The translations under genes and the position numbers were made by a program. From Thermodesulfobium acidiphilum (GTDB lineage Bacteria > Thermodesulfobiota > Thermodesulfobiia > Thermodesulfobiales > Thermodesulfobiaceae), in assembly GCF_003057965.1 (NCBI RefSeq), contig NZ_CP020921.1, positions 1,414,916 through 1,478,915 on the forward strand: 64,000 nucleotides of DNA. Direction: 5' to 3'. Each line of letters opens with the position of its first letter. Position 1 is the stretch's first letter. Of the stretch, positions 18,891 to 28,503 are shown one piece after another. The notes under the pieces are model-generated. The model worked only from the letters and a program-made list of their open reading frames with translations. It made no database searches and was not told the origin of the DNA.

Positions 18891-20237
18891 ATGAAAAGAT
18901 TTTTTACGGCCTTTTGCTTTCTCTTCATTTCTGCTTATTTTGTCTCTTTTGCTTTTGCAGGGCCATTCTCTGATGTACCAGCTAATTCTTGGGCATACAA
19001 GGCAGTGCAAGATTTAGCAGCAAAGGGATTGGTCATTGGCTATGGCGATGGAACTTTTAGAGGAGAGAGACTTGCCACCCGTTATGAGATGGCAATGGTA
19101 GTTGCAAGAATGCTTGATATGTATGAAAAGGGTCAAAACGCTCAGGATCAAAAGATAGAGCTTAACGCTAACGACATCGCAACGCTTATGAAGTTAGCCC
19201 AAGAGTTTAAGTCAGAACTAGCATCTTTAAACGTCAGAGTTGCAGCACTTGAGAAGAAAGCAGCTCTTGACACTGTAAACTTCACAGGGGATGCAAGGTT
19301 TAGGTTTGGGAGCGAGAAAAGAACGTTTTATCCGATGGCTACATCTGGAACAAACGTGTTTATTAATACAGAAGGTTCATCTAAAAATGGATTTATAGTA
19401 GGTGACACCTCTCCTGCAATGTTAGCTCAAGATCCAAACCTTTCCCAGCAAAAGGACAATACGTTTATGCAGTATAGAATAAGGCTAAACGTATCAGCTC
19501 CTGTAGCAGACAACATATCCTTTAACGCAAGGCTTACAATGGAGAAGAACGCAGGAGTTAATTCAGACGGCTCTTCAAACAGCAATCCTTTGTATGCCTC
19601 TCTTACAGGTTACAATGATGACAACAACACGTTGTATGTAGAGAGATCTTACATCACCTGGACTCTTAACCCATATCCTGTAACCTTTGTACTTGGTAGA
19701 CTTCCTACTATGGATTCAGGCGCTTATTACAACAACCTGTTTATGGATACAGGCACAGAAGGCGCTATGGCAATATTTGATCTGAGCAACATATTTCCCT
19801 CTACATCTCTTTCAGCTGCATGGGTAAAGATGTTTGATGCCGGGCTTATAACATCAGCAGATGAAGCAAGCGGTTTAAAGGATAAGGATGCCTACATCTT
19901 GAACCTTAGCACAAAATTATTTAATACCTTTGGTTTAGAGGCAGACTATGGAAACGTAAACAAGTTTTCGTATATGGGAAGTGCACCAAATGGCGTATAC
20001 GGAAAGTATGATTGGTGGGCAATAATAGGTAACTGGACTATGTATAACGTAAATATGTGGGCAGGTTACAACGGCACATCTACAGATATGCCAGCACAGA
20101 CCGCCACAGGTCCAAGCTTTACAAGTTTACATTCTGTAAATGGAGGAGCATTCAGAGTTGGAGCTACCATTCCTCTTCCAGTGGGCTCTCTTACAGGAGA
20201 CTTCTGGTTTGGGAATAACAATGGGTCTATGCAATAA
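18891..20237 (+). CDS. SLH-domain outer-membrane porin (OmpM / iron-uptake-porin-like), possibly 3'-truncated
   Basis: Signal peptide, SLH (FSDVPANSWAY...GYGDGTFRG...TRYEMA), coiled coil, then beta-strands (FTGDARFRF). Ends NNNGSMQ with no terminal aromatic residue. Confidence 0.8.
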   Translation: MKRFFTAFCFLFISAYFVSFAFAGPFSDVPANSWAYKAVQDLAAKGLVIGYGDGTFRGERLATRYEMAMVVARMLDMYEKGQNAQDQKIELNANDIATLMKLAQEFKSELASLNVRVAALEKKAALDTVNFTGDARFRFGSEKRTFYPMATSGTNVFINTEGSSKNGFIVGDTSPAMLAQDPNLSQQKDNTFMQYRIRLNVSAPVADNISFNARLTMEKNAGVNSDGSSNSNPLYASLTGYNDDNNTLYVERSYITWTLNPYPVTFVLGRLPTMDSGAYYNNLFMDTGTEGAMAIFDLSNIFPSTSLSAAWVKMFDAGLITSADEASGLKDKDAYILNLSTKLFNTFGLEADYGNVNKFSYMGSAPNGVYGKYDWWAIIGNWTMYNVNMWAGYNGTSTDMPAQTATGPSFTSLHSVNGGAFRVGATIPLPVGSLTGDFWFGNNNGSMQ

Positions 20238-20251
20238 TAACCAAAAGCCCC

Positions 20252-20902
20252 CTATAAAAGCCCAACAACCTTGTGCATCTGAATTGAAAATATAAGTTCA
20301 TCCAATAATTTTTCGTCCCTCTCCCTGATAAAGTTTACAATGTCTAAAATCTTTTCTCCTTTCGCATCCAGCGGGCTAATTGCAAACTGAAAAAGGCCGT
20401 GCATCTTTGAAAGAACCTGAAAGACAAACTCAAGATCTTCTTCAGAATTGTCCACTACCAGCTTCACTATGACCCTGTGTTCTATCCAGTTATCAATAAA
20501 CTCCTCAAATGACGGCATTCTGTCCATCATGCCGGAAGATGGACCCTTATAGTCCACCACCCAGCCGCAATCGGATAAATATCCCTTTGGCAGGGAAATG
20601 CTCCCATTAGTTTCCACCTGAACAAAGTGTTTTTTCTCTATCAGGTAATCTATCAACTCAAGAGTTTCTTTTTGGATAAGAGGCTCTCCCCCGGTAAGAA
20701 GTACTTTTGAATTCTTGCATCTGGCTACCACATCATCAATTGAAAGTATATATTTAGCTTCAATGCTCTGAGATTCTTTTGTGTCGCACCACCTGCACCT
20801 TAGATTACAACCCTGAAGCCTCACTATAGTGCACCAGGAGCCCTGGGAGATAAAGCCTACTTCACCAGATATGCTTTCAAATATAGAATGAATCGCTATC
20901 AC
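20252..20902 (-). CDS. queE: 7-carboxy-7-deazaguanine synthase (radical SAM)
   Basis: IFESISGE, GCNLRCRWCDT, TGGEP and VETNG; overlaps queD. Confidence 0.85.
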   Translation of the reverse strand: MIAIHSIFESISGEVGFISQGSWCTIVRLQGCNLRCRWCDTKESQSIEAKYILSIDDVVARCKNSKVLLTGGEPLIQKETLELIDYLIEKKHFVQVETNGSISLPKGYLSDCGWVVDYKGPSSGMMDRMPSFEEFIDNWIEHRVIVKLVVDNSEEDLEFVFQVLSKMHGLFQFAISPLDAKGEKILDIVNFIRERDEKLLDELIFSIQMHKVVGLL

Positions 20903-21270
20903 TTGAGAGATATCTCTACATATGAAGTTTCTGATTCCCAGAGCCTTATGAACTCTAAGTTTACGCTTTCAGGCATATAATCCTTTAATTCATCTAAAAT
21001 CCATTCGCAAACTCTCTCAGCAGTAGGATTGTGTATGATATCGTTTAAGTATTTATGATCCAGTTTAGAGACTACCCTCTCTTCTACAATATTCTTGAGA
21101 ACCTTAAAATCTATCACCATAGAGTTTTCTCCAACAGATCCAGATACTGCAACCCCCAGTTTATATGTATGCCCATGAAGATTGGCGCACTCGCCGTTAT
21201 AGTCTACCAGCTTATGTGCAGCAGAAAAATTAAATTCCTTATAAACCTTTATCCTCATATATATCCACAC
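20899..21270 (-). CDS. queD: 6-carboxytetrahydropterin synthase
   Basis: FSAAH, CANLHGHTY, LDHKYLN, PTAE and LWESE. Confidence 0.9.
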   Translation of the reverse strand: MWIYMRIKVYKEFNFSAAHKLVDYNGECANLHGHTYKLGVAVSGSVGENSMVIDFKVLKNIVEERVVSKLDHKYLNDIIHNPTAERVCEWILDELKDYMPESVNLEFIRLWESETSYVEISLK

Positions 21271-21314
21271 TATCCTTTCTTAAGAAACAGTTTTTGGTCA
21301 AAAAGAGGCTCTAG

Positions 21315-22181
21315 CTATTCCTTATACTTTATAACACTACTTCTTATATCAACTCCAAGTTCTTTTGCTATTACATTACACTTTGCCATCAACATAAAGA
21401 AGATATTATGAAAGTCACTTAACCCCTCGAAATTACCCTGCCCTTTAGAAATTACTATATCATGTTCCTCTATATATCTTCTTACCTCATCGCTTCTCCT
21501 TGAGGAAGCGCTATTTTTTTCTCCGTTTGAAATCTCTAAAAATCTAATATTAGGAAGCCTATCAAGTCCAACCTCATAGGCATCTTCTAACATTGCATCG
21601 TTTATTATAGGCCCACTCTTTACTACAAAACTAATTTGTTCAAAGGGCTTATTTCTTGTCCTTAGCATCTCTTCAATGAATATCTTGTCAAATACTATCT
21701 CCCCCGCATTATCAGCAAAGTAAAGCATGCTCTCAGAAGAGACTACTTTTTCTTCCAGACTCTTAAAATTATTAATTGTCAGATCTTTAGACATCACTTC
21801 ATCAATAGTACTTTCAAGATCAAACTCATTTGAAGGACCAAAGTCTATTATGTTTCCCGCAATAGCAATTTTTGCCGCAGTATAAAGGCGATTTCCTGAA
21901 CTTTCCCTATCTAAAAGCTTTTTTAGAACTGGATACATCTTAAGTGAAATCTCGTTGCTTCTTTTTTTAATCTCTTTATATGGATCTGATAAACCCGAAA
22001 CTTCCCTTATAATACGGTGAACTTCGTTTGCAAACTCGTCAGATGAAGTTTTCCAATCAGCGTTATACAGAAAAAACATCACCTTTTTCAAAATCCTGGA
22101 TCTCAGTTCATCGTCTAAATCCTTTGTCGCAAAGAGAGCCTGTTTTTGGAAACAAACTATACAATCAAGACACAATTTCAT
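21315..22181 (-). CDS. DUF89/ARMT1-like damage-control phosphatase
   Basis: CxxC N-terminus, DPYKEIK, AGNIID, DNAGEIVFD and KGQGNFE. Confidence 0.88.
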   Translation of the reverse strand: MKLCLDCIVCFQKQALFATKDLDDELRSRILKKVMFFLYNADWKTSSDEFANEVHRIIREVSGLSDPYKEIKKRSNEISLKMYPVLKKLLDRESSGNRLYTAAKIAIAGNIIDFGPSNEFDLESTIDEVMSKDLTINNFKSLEEKVVSSESMLYFADNAGEIVFDKIFIEEMLRTRNKPFEQISFVVKSGPIINDAMLEDAYEVGLDRLPNIRFLEISNGEKNSASSRRSDEVRRYIEEHDIVISKGQGNFEGLSDFHNIFFMLMAKCNVIAKELGVDIRSSVIKYKE

Positions 22182-22524
22182 CTATATAATTGTTCACAAT
22201 TTTATTATTTTTTTGTTTGATCCTTCCTATGATATTAATAGCCTCATCTGAGTCAATTTGTTTTAGAGCCTTACATATTGCGATAAGCTCCAGCGGATCG
22301 CTTGATCTATTTACGAGATCAGATAATTTTGGCAAAGCCTTTTTAATTTGTTTGTCACCAACCAATTTAATAGCTACCATTCTGATATCGAGTATTGGAT
22401 GATCTAGAGATAATATTATCTTGTCTTCATAAGAAACATTACTCCTTAAATTTGCTTTGCAACAAGGACAGATATCTAAATTTTCAGGTAACTCAGCTTT
22501 GCAAAATGGACAAAAATAATTTAT
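22165..22524 (-). CDS. Zinc-ribbon plus HEAT-repeat protein (probable ATA start)
   Basis: The track ORF 22165-22380 extends in frame to ATA at 22524 (INYFCPFCKAELPENLDICPCCKANL...YEDKIILSLDHP), with GGGAG 6 nt upstream. Confidence 0.65.
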   Translation of the reverse strand: MNYFCPFCKAELPENLDICPCCKANLRSNVSYEDKIILSLDHPILDIRMVAIKLVGDKQIKKALPKLSDLVNRSSDPLELIAICKALKQIDSDEAINIIGRIKQKNNKIVNNYIDEIVS

Positions 22525-22559
22525 AACTTACTCCCAATAAACCTTTCAGTAATAAAAAT

Positions 22560-23267
22560 TTAGTCTCTTCTATTACCCATTATGTTTAATAACATTAGAA
22601 ACAGGTTTATAAAGTCCAAATAAAGTGTCAGGGCACCAAGCACTGTCTCTTTTCGCTCATCAAAGAGACCAGCTGCATATATCTTTTTCAGTTTTTGCAT
22701 GTCATATGCCGTAAGCCCTAAAAAAACAATCACGCCTACCACAGATAAAAGAAGTACCAGAGCACTGCTGTGTAAGAAAATATTTACGACAAAACCTATT
22801 ATTATTGCAATAAGTCCTGCCATCATAAAAGTTCCCATCTTAGTAAGGTCTGCCTTCGTGGTATAGCCAAGCACTGCCATTATACCAAAAGATATAGCGG
22901 TAACGATGAAGGTAGAAGCTATAGAACTAGAAGTATAGACTACAAACAGCGTAGAAAACGTTACGCCTGTCAAGGCAGAATACAATATAAAGATAAATTC
23001 TGCAAGCTCAGCAGGTAGCTTCGTAATAGCAGCAGATAAGGTTATCACTGCAACAAATTGCAAACCGATTATCCCATAAAACAAAATAGGATTGCCCAAA
23101 ATAAGTTGCAAAATTGAAACATTAGATGCTACTACGTAAGAAATTACACCAGTAAACATGAGTCCTAAAAACATCCACGTAAAAACTCCTCTAAAAAAGC
23201 CCGACACGTCTAAAGTTTCTGCTCTACTCGTTAACTCATCATTATATGATCTATACATACTTTCCAC
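22560..23267 (-). CDS. Bax inhibitor-1/YccA family membrane protein
   Basis: 7 TM; LTAYDMQKLK and GALTLYLDFINLF. Confidence 0.92.
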   Translation of the reverse strand: MESMYRSYNDELTSRAETLDVSGFFRGVFTWMFLGLMFTGVISYVVASNVSILQLILGNPILFYGIIGLQFVAVITLSAAITKLPAELAEFIFILYSALTGVTFSTLFVVYTSSSIASTFIVTAISFGIMAVLGYTTKADLTKMGTFMMAGLIAIIIGFVVNIFLHSSALVLLLSVVGVIVFLGLTAYDMQKLKKIYAAGLFDERKETVLGALTLYLDFINLFLMLLNIMGNRRD

Positions 23268-23329
23268 TCCTTTTTTTACTTATCCTTAATATTTTATATT
23301 TTATATCTAAAACGTTTATTTTACAATAA

Positions 23330-23364
23330 AAAAGGGCATCGACCAATTATGCGATCAATACCCT
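23330..23364 (-). terminator. Intrinsic terminator
   Basis: Minus strand AGGGTATTGATC...GGTCGATGCCCT (with G-U pairs) followed by a T-run. Confidence 0.55.
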
Positions 23365-23376
23365 GAATTAAAAAAA

Positions 23377-23604
23377 CTATTTCTCCCCTTTTAACTTCTT
23401 TATCTCTTCCTTTAATCTATTTATTTCTTTTATAAGTTCTTCATTCGAAGCGCCACTTGATATAGAACATCTGCTCATTGCTGGTCTGAAAAGGTAAAAG
23501 AAAGCAAAAACCAATATACCAAGAAACAAAATAGGAAAGAACATGCCAAAAAATGGCATTCCGTAAAAACCATGACCATAAAAGCCCGGACCTGAGCACC
23601 ACAT
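23377..23604 (-). CDS. Small membrane protein (Gly-rich N-terminus, one TM, coiled tail)
   Basis: MWCSGPGFYGHGFYGMPFFGMFFPILF... after a GGAGGTG SD; start at 23604 is more likely than the track's 23667. Confidence 0.6.
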   Translation of the reverse strand: MWCSGPGFYGHGFYGMPFFGMFFPILFLGILVFAFFYLFRPAMSRCSISSGASNEELIKEINRLKEEIKKLKGEK

Positions 23605-23712
23605 ATATATCACCTCCACATTTGTATTATATAATAGTTTATGATAAAAGTAAACTTTTTTATGCACAGATATTCTATTAATAAAAATAACTTTTTGAGC
23701 TATAATATCTTC

Positions 23713-23973
23713 ATGTTCGAAACTTATCTTGGATTGTTTGCAGGTCTACTTACCACCAGTTCTCTCGTGCCTCAGGTAGTAAAGGCATGGAAAACGCGTT
23801 CAACAAATGATATATCCCTCATAATGTTAATTATGATGTGGATAGGAGTATTTTGTTGGGTGATATATGGCCTTTCTATATTTCAGATGCCCATAGTATT
23901 ATGGAATTTCATAAGCTTTGTTTTACTATCAATTCTTTTATATTTCAAAAAAAATTCCAAAAATTCATGTTAG
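23713..23973 (+). CDS. SemiSWEET / PQ-loop transporter
   Basis: GLFAGLLTTSSLVPQVVKAWKTRSTNDIS...WVIYG; likely start ATG at 23713. Confidence 0.85.
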   Translation: MFETYLGLFAGLLTTSSLVPQVVKAWKTRSTNDISLIMLIMMWIGVFCWVIYGLSIFQMPIVLWNFISFVLLSILLYFKKNSKNSC

Positions 23974-25478
23974 CTCATATTCTTTACATAACTTATCAAA
24001 GCCTTTACCAATCCGTTTATGTTGTATTCTTCTGCTTGAGCCACCACATTAAATCCCAAATTCTTTGCTTTCCCTGAGGTAATAGGCCCAATAGACACAA
24101 CTTTAGCTTTTCTAAGCACTATATCTCTATAATCTCCTAATGATTCATAATAATACTCAGCTGTCTTAGAACTCGCAAAGGTTAGAAAGGTTTCTTTATC
24201 ATCATTGAAAACCATTTCGATGTCATCCTTTGAAATTTTTTCTGGTTGTACGGAATATATATGAAAATCATCTACTACATATCCCTTTTCCAACAATCCT
24301 CTTACAAGCTCATCTCTGCCTTCTTTTGCTCTCGGTATCAAAATTTTTTTGGCTTCATCAGTTCTTTCAATACAATCAACAAGGCTTTCTGCCACAAACT
24401 TCTCAGGCACAATATCAGCTCTTATCCCATACTTTAAAAGAGCTTCGCTAGTCCCATCGCCTATCACAGCAATCTTGGATCTTATACACCTGCTATCATA
24501 TCCAGATCTAAACAAGTTTTCAAAAAAGATATCTACTCCCGTTGATGAACTAAAAACAATGTACTCATAGCTATACAAGTTATTAAAAATAAAGTCAAAT
24601 TCACTTTGATTAGCTATTTGAATACACTTTATAACAGGTATTTCAAAGACCTCTGCTCCTTCTTCTTTTAGCCTTTCACTTAGTAAACTCGCTTTTTTTC
24701 TTGATCTTGTTACTACAACTCTTTTTCCAAACAACGGTTTTTTCTCAAACCACATTAAGTCCTCTCTTAACTTTACTACGTTCCCAACCACAAACAGTGC
24801 AGGAGGTTTAATCGAATTTTCTTCAGCAAGATCTACTATATTTGACAAGTTTCCAATTACCACTCTCTGATTAGGAAGAGTGCCATTTTGAATAAGTGCA
24901 CATGGTATTTCTTTATCTTTTTTAACAGCAATTATTTTTTCTACTATCTTATCAAGTCTCTCTACCCCCATAAAGAACACAAGGGTATCTGCCCCAAGAG
25001 AGTGCTCCCAATCAATAGTAGAGTTCTCCTTTGTGGGATCCTCATGCCCGGTAAAAATAGCATACGATGAAGCCACTTTCCTGTGTGTAACAGGAATTCC
25101 TGCATACAAAGGCACAGCCAAGGCTGCACTAATTCCAGGAACCAATTCAAATTCTATACCTCTTTCTTTTAGATATAAAGCCTCTTCACCTCCCCTACCA
25201 AACAAAAATGGGTCACCACCCTTTAGTCTGACTACTATTTTGCCATCAGATGCTCTATCAGCAAGTAATTTGTTTATATCTTCTTGTTTCATTGCATGTT
25301 TACTTGATTCTTTTCCCACATAGATTTGTTCACAGTCTTCTGGTGCAATTGCCAAAAGCTCTTTGGGAATAAGCCTATCAAATACCAGAACTTGAGCCTT
25401 TTTTAAAATATTCATTCCTCGTATAGTAAAGAGTCCTTCGTTTCCAGGACCTGCACCTACTAAGAAAACCTTCCCCAT
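23970..25478 (-). CDS. cobA: Uroporphyrinogen-III C-methyltransferase / uroporphyrinogen-III synthase fusion (CobA-HemD)
   Basis: VFLVGAGPG, RLKGGDPFLFGRGGEE, and a C-terminal HemD domain (VVVTRS, FASSKT, SIGPIT). Confidence 0.92.
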   Translation of the reverse strand: MGKVFLVGAGPGNEGLFTIRGMNILKKAQVLVFDRLIPKELLAIAPEDCEQIYVGKESSKHAMKQEDINKLLADRASDGKIVVRLKGGDPFLFGRGGEEALYLKERGIEFELVPGISAALAVPLYAGIPVTHRKVASSYAIFTGHEDPTKENSTIDWEHSLGADTLVFFMGVERLDKIVEKIIAVKKDKEIPCALIQNGTLPNQRVVIGNLSNIVDLAEENSIKPPALFVVGNVVKLREDLMWFEKKPLFGKRVVVTRSRKKASLLSERLKEEGAEVFEIPVIKCIQIANQSEFDFIFNNLYSYEYIVFSSSTGVDIFFENLFRSGYDSRCIRSKIAVIGDGTSEALLKYGIRADIVPEKFVAESLVDCIERTDEAKKILIPRAKEGRDELVRGLLEKGYVVDDFHIYSVQPEKISKDDIEMVFNDDKETFLTFASSKTAEYYYESLGDYRDIVLRKAKVVSIGPITSGKAKNLGFNVVAQAEEYNINGLVKALISYVKNMS

Positions 25479-25498
25479 TCTCTTACGCTCCTTAAAGT

Positions 25499-26080
25499 TT
25501 AAGATTTATTGTTGCACTTCCACGGTTTTAAAAGATTGTTGTCAATTCCTATCCTGTTTAAAGTCTTTGCTACTACAAAATCTACCATATCTTCTACTGA
25601 TTTTGGTTTATTATAAAATCCTGGGCAAGCAGGCAAAATAATGCCTCCTGCCATAATAACCCTTTTCATATTCTCAACATGAATCAAATTTAAAGGAGTT
25701 TCTCTAAAAACCAAAATCAGTTTTATACCTTCCTTGAGAGCTACATCACAAATTCGCTCCAAAAGATTTGAAGACAAACCATTGGCTACGCTGGAAAGAG
25801 TTGCAGCAGAACATGGGCAAATAATTACAGCTTCAGGTTTTTGTGAGCCTGATGCATATTTGCAGTTAAAATCACTTTCATCATAAAAGCTTACATCGCT
25901 ATACCTTTTTTTTATCGAATTTACATCGACACCCTCTTCATCCATCATCACAAGACTCGCTGCCCTGGTATATATCACACACAGATCATATTCTCTTTTT
26001 AAAACATCAATCATTCTTAATGCATACCTGATCCCACTTGCTCCAGTAATACCTATTACAATCTTTTTCAATTTATCCAC
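25499..26080 (-). CDS. ubiX: UbiX-family flavin prenyltransferase
   Basis: GITGASG, ASGS, PCS, RETP and PGFY. Confidence 0.92.
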   Translation of the reverse strand: MDKLKKIVIGITGASGIRYALRMIDVLKREYDLCVIYTRAASLVMMDEEGVDVNSIKKRYSDVSFYDESDFNCKYASGSQKPEAVIICPCSAATLSSVANGLSSNLLERICDVALKEGIKLILVFRETPLNLIHVENMKRVIMAGGIILPACPGFYNKPKSVEDMVDFVVAKTLNRIGIDNNLLKPWKCNNKS

Positions 26081-26087
26081 CTTGGTA

Positions 26088-26936
26088 TTATTTTATTAAC
26101 ACAGAAAAAATTACAAAAGTAGCATATATAAATGAACAAATAGCATTAACGTTAAAAAAAGCCATATCTATTTTAGAAAGATCGTTAGGCTTTACTAGCG
26201 AATGCTCGTATAACAGAAGGCCTGCAAATATAATTAAGCCTAGATAGTAAATAAAATTTATGTGAGCCATTATTCCAATTGGAGACAAAAAGAGTATTGT
26301 CAGAGAGTGAAATAATCTCGCTACATATAAGGAATTCTTTTCACCTATTGCAACGGGAATAGAATGAAGTCCCTGTTTTATATCATACTTTAGATCCTGA
26401 AGGGAGTACAAAACGTCAAACCCTGCAAGCCAGAAAACTACAGCCAGCATCATAAAAAATGGCACTAAACCGAAATCATTTCTCAATGCTATCCACGCTC
26501 CGCCAGGAGCTAGACTGAGTGCAAGACCTAAAACAATATGACTTAGTGCGGTAAACCTTTTCGTATATGAATAGAAAAAAACTATAAAAAGCGCTACAGG
26601 AGACAATAAAAAAGTCAAATTTCCAAGTAAATAAGAGGTCAAAATAAACATCGTTGAACAAAAACATACAAACAAAAACATATCTTTTCTTTTTACTGCG
26701 CCTTTGGGAATAGATCTCTTCGCAGTTCTTGGATTGAATTTATCAATATTTGCATCTGCAAATCGATTAAAAGACATGGCAGCAGCCCTTGCAAACAAAA
26801 GCGCTAGTACTATAAGAATCAATTTATTAATTTCAGGGAAACCATTTGAAGCTATAAATGCAGAGGCCAATAAAAAAGGCAGCGAAAAAACAGTATGTTC
26901 TACTCTTATATCGTTGAGAATGTTCGTTAGTTTCAA
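26088..26936 (-). CDS. UbiA-like polyprenyltransferase (MqnP-type)
   Basis: EHTVFSLPF, AMSFNRFADANIDKFNPRT and GFDVLYSLQD. Confidence 0.88.
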   Translation of the reverse strand: MKLTNILNDIRVEHTVFSLPFLLASAFIASNGFPEINKLILIVLALLFARAAAMSFNRFADANIDKFNPRTAKRSIPKGAVKRKDMFLFVCFCSTMFILTSYLLGNLTFLLSPVALFIVFFYSYTKRFTALSHIVLGLALSLAPGGAWIALRNDFGLVPFFMMLAVVFWLAGFDVLYSLQDLKYDIKQGLHSIPVAIGEKNSLYVARLFHSLTILFLSPIGIMAHINFIYYLGLIIFAGLLLYEHSLVKPNDLSKIDMAFFNVNAICSFIYATFVIFSVLIK

Positions 26937-26979
26937 TACAAATTGATTAATTATATTCTCAAACCCCTTTCAATCAAGG

Positions 26980-28431
26980 CTAAAATCCATATTCTTTCCA
27001 ACGTTTGCTTACTAAATCTTTTATTTTTTTGTCCATCTTGATATCAGGAGGAAATTCTCTTACCAGTCCCTCTTCTTTCATTTTTCGTGTTGCGTCTATA
27101 CCCATCTTGGAACCAAATCTTGGATAAGGTGCAGCATGATCCAGAACGTCCACCGGACCCTTTACAATTTCAATGTCCCTTTCTGGATCCACGTTATTAA
27201 GAGCTTTCCATCTTACAAATGACATATCGTGAACGTTTACATCTTCATCAACCACTATAATAAATTTAGTAAAACTCATCTGACCAAGTCCCCATAGCGC
27301 ATGCATAACCTTTCTAGCATGACCAGGATATTGCTTTCTAATTGAAACTACTGCTAAATTATGAAAAACCCCCTCAATAGGCAAGTTTATATCTACTATC
27401 TCAGGCAAAGTCATCTTTAACATAGGGAGAAATATTCTTTCAGTAGCCTTGCCAAGATATGCATCCTCCATAGGAGGTCTACCCACAATAGTAGCTACAT
27501 AAATAGGATTTTTTCTATGAGTAATACACTCAACATGAAAAACAGGAAAATCATCTTCCAAAGAATAAAATCCAGTATGATCTCCAAATGGTCCTTCTCG
27601 TCTAAGTTCTCCCTTAATTACATATCCCTCTAGTACAAATTCAGCTTGGGCTGGCACAAATAAATCAGAAGTTATAGCCTTAACCATCTCCACACCAGAA
27701 CCTCTCAAAAAACCTGCAAAAACGAATTCATCAACGTTTGGGGGTAAAGGTGCCGTAGCAGCATAAATAGTAGCTGGGTCAGCTCCAATAGCTACCGCGA
27801 CAGGCATTTTTTCCCCAGGATTTAACTTTGAGTAGTGTCTTGCTCCATCTTTGTGATGATGCCAGTGCATACCAGTCGTATTTTTATCAAAAACTTGCAT
27901 CCTATACATCCCAAGGTTTCTCTCTTTTGTCATTGGATCTTGAGTAATAACAAGCGGCAGAGTAATAAAAGGGCCACCATCAAGCGGCCAACAATATAGT
28001 ACTGGCAAATCCCCTAAATTTACACTATCCCCTTCTAAAATTATTTCCTGGCACGGAGCCTTACTTACAATTTTTGGTTTAATGTTCATAAGTCCTAAAA
28101 TATCAGGCAAAGACTTCAGAGCGTCCCAGAAGCCAATTTTCTTGGTAGGAAACCTAAGCAATTCTTCAATCCTTTTAGCAATGTCATCAGGATTTCCTAT
28201 TGCGCTTACCACTCTATCCCAAGTACCAAAAATATTAATAGCCAAAGGAAAATTAGAGTCTTTTACCTTTTCAAAGTAAAGAGCAGGTCCTCCTACTTTT
28301 ACAAATCTATCCGCAATCTCCGTTATTTCAAGATACCTGTCAACTTCAACCTTTATTTTTTTCAGTTCATTTCTCTTCTCTAAAAAGGATAGGTATTCAC
28401 CCAACGACGAAAAGGCGCTTATTTTACTCAC
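26980..28431 (-). CDS. ubiD: UbiD-family decarboxylase (menaquinone/futalosine-pathway type)
   Basis: RNLGMYRMQ, EGPFGDHTGFY, GRPPMED and GSKMGIDAT. Confidence 0.92.
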   Translation of the reverse strand: MSKISAFSSLGEYLSFLEKRNELKKIKVEVDRYLEITEIADRFVKVGGPALYFEKVKDSNFPLAINIFGTWDRVVSAIGNPDDIAKRIEELLRFPTKKIGFWDALKSLPDILGLMNIKPKIVSKAPCQEIILEGDSVNLGDLPVLYCWPLDGGPFITLPLVITQDPMTKERNLGMYRMQVFDKNTTGMHWHHHKDGARHYSKLNPGEKMPVAVAIGADPATIYAATAPLPPNVDEFVFAGFLRGSGVEMVKAITSDLFVPAQAEFVLEGYVIKGELRREGPFGDHTGFYSLEDDFPVFHVECITHRKNPIYVATIVGRPPMEDAYLGKATERIFLPMLKMTLPEIVDINLPIEGVFHNLAVVSIRKQYPGHARKVMHALWGLGQMSFTKFIIVVDEDVNVHDMSFVRWKALNNVDPERDIEIVKGPVDVLDHAAPYPRFGSKMGIDATRKMKEEGLVREFPPDIKMDKKIKDLVSKRWKEYGF

Positions 28432-28503
28432 TCCCTAAAAAAAATAAAAACTACACTAGAGCCACACAGCTCTTAAAAAGTATTATTTTATTATTTTAAT
28501 ATT

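Noticed and set aside
20252-21270. Dpd 7-deazaguanine DNA-modification island
   Set aside because: No dpdA/tgtA5, dpdB-K, folE or queC nearby; tRNA queuosine precursor synthesis is the default explanation.
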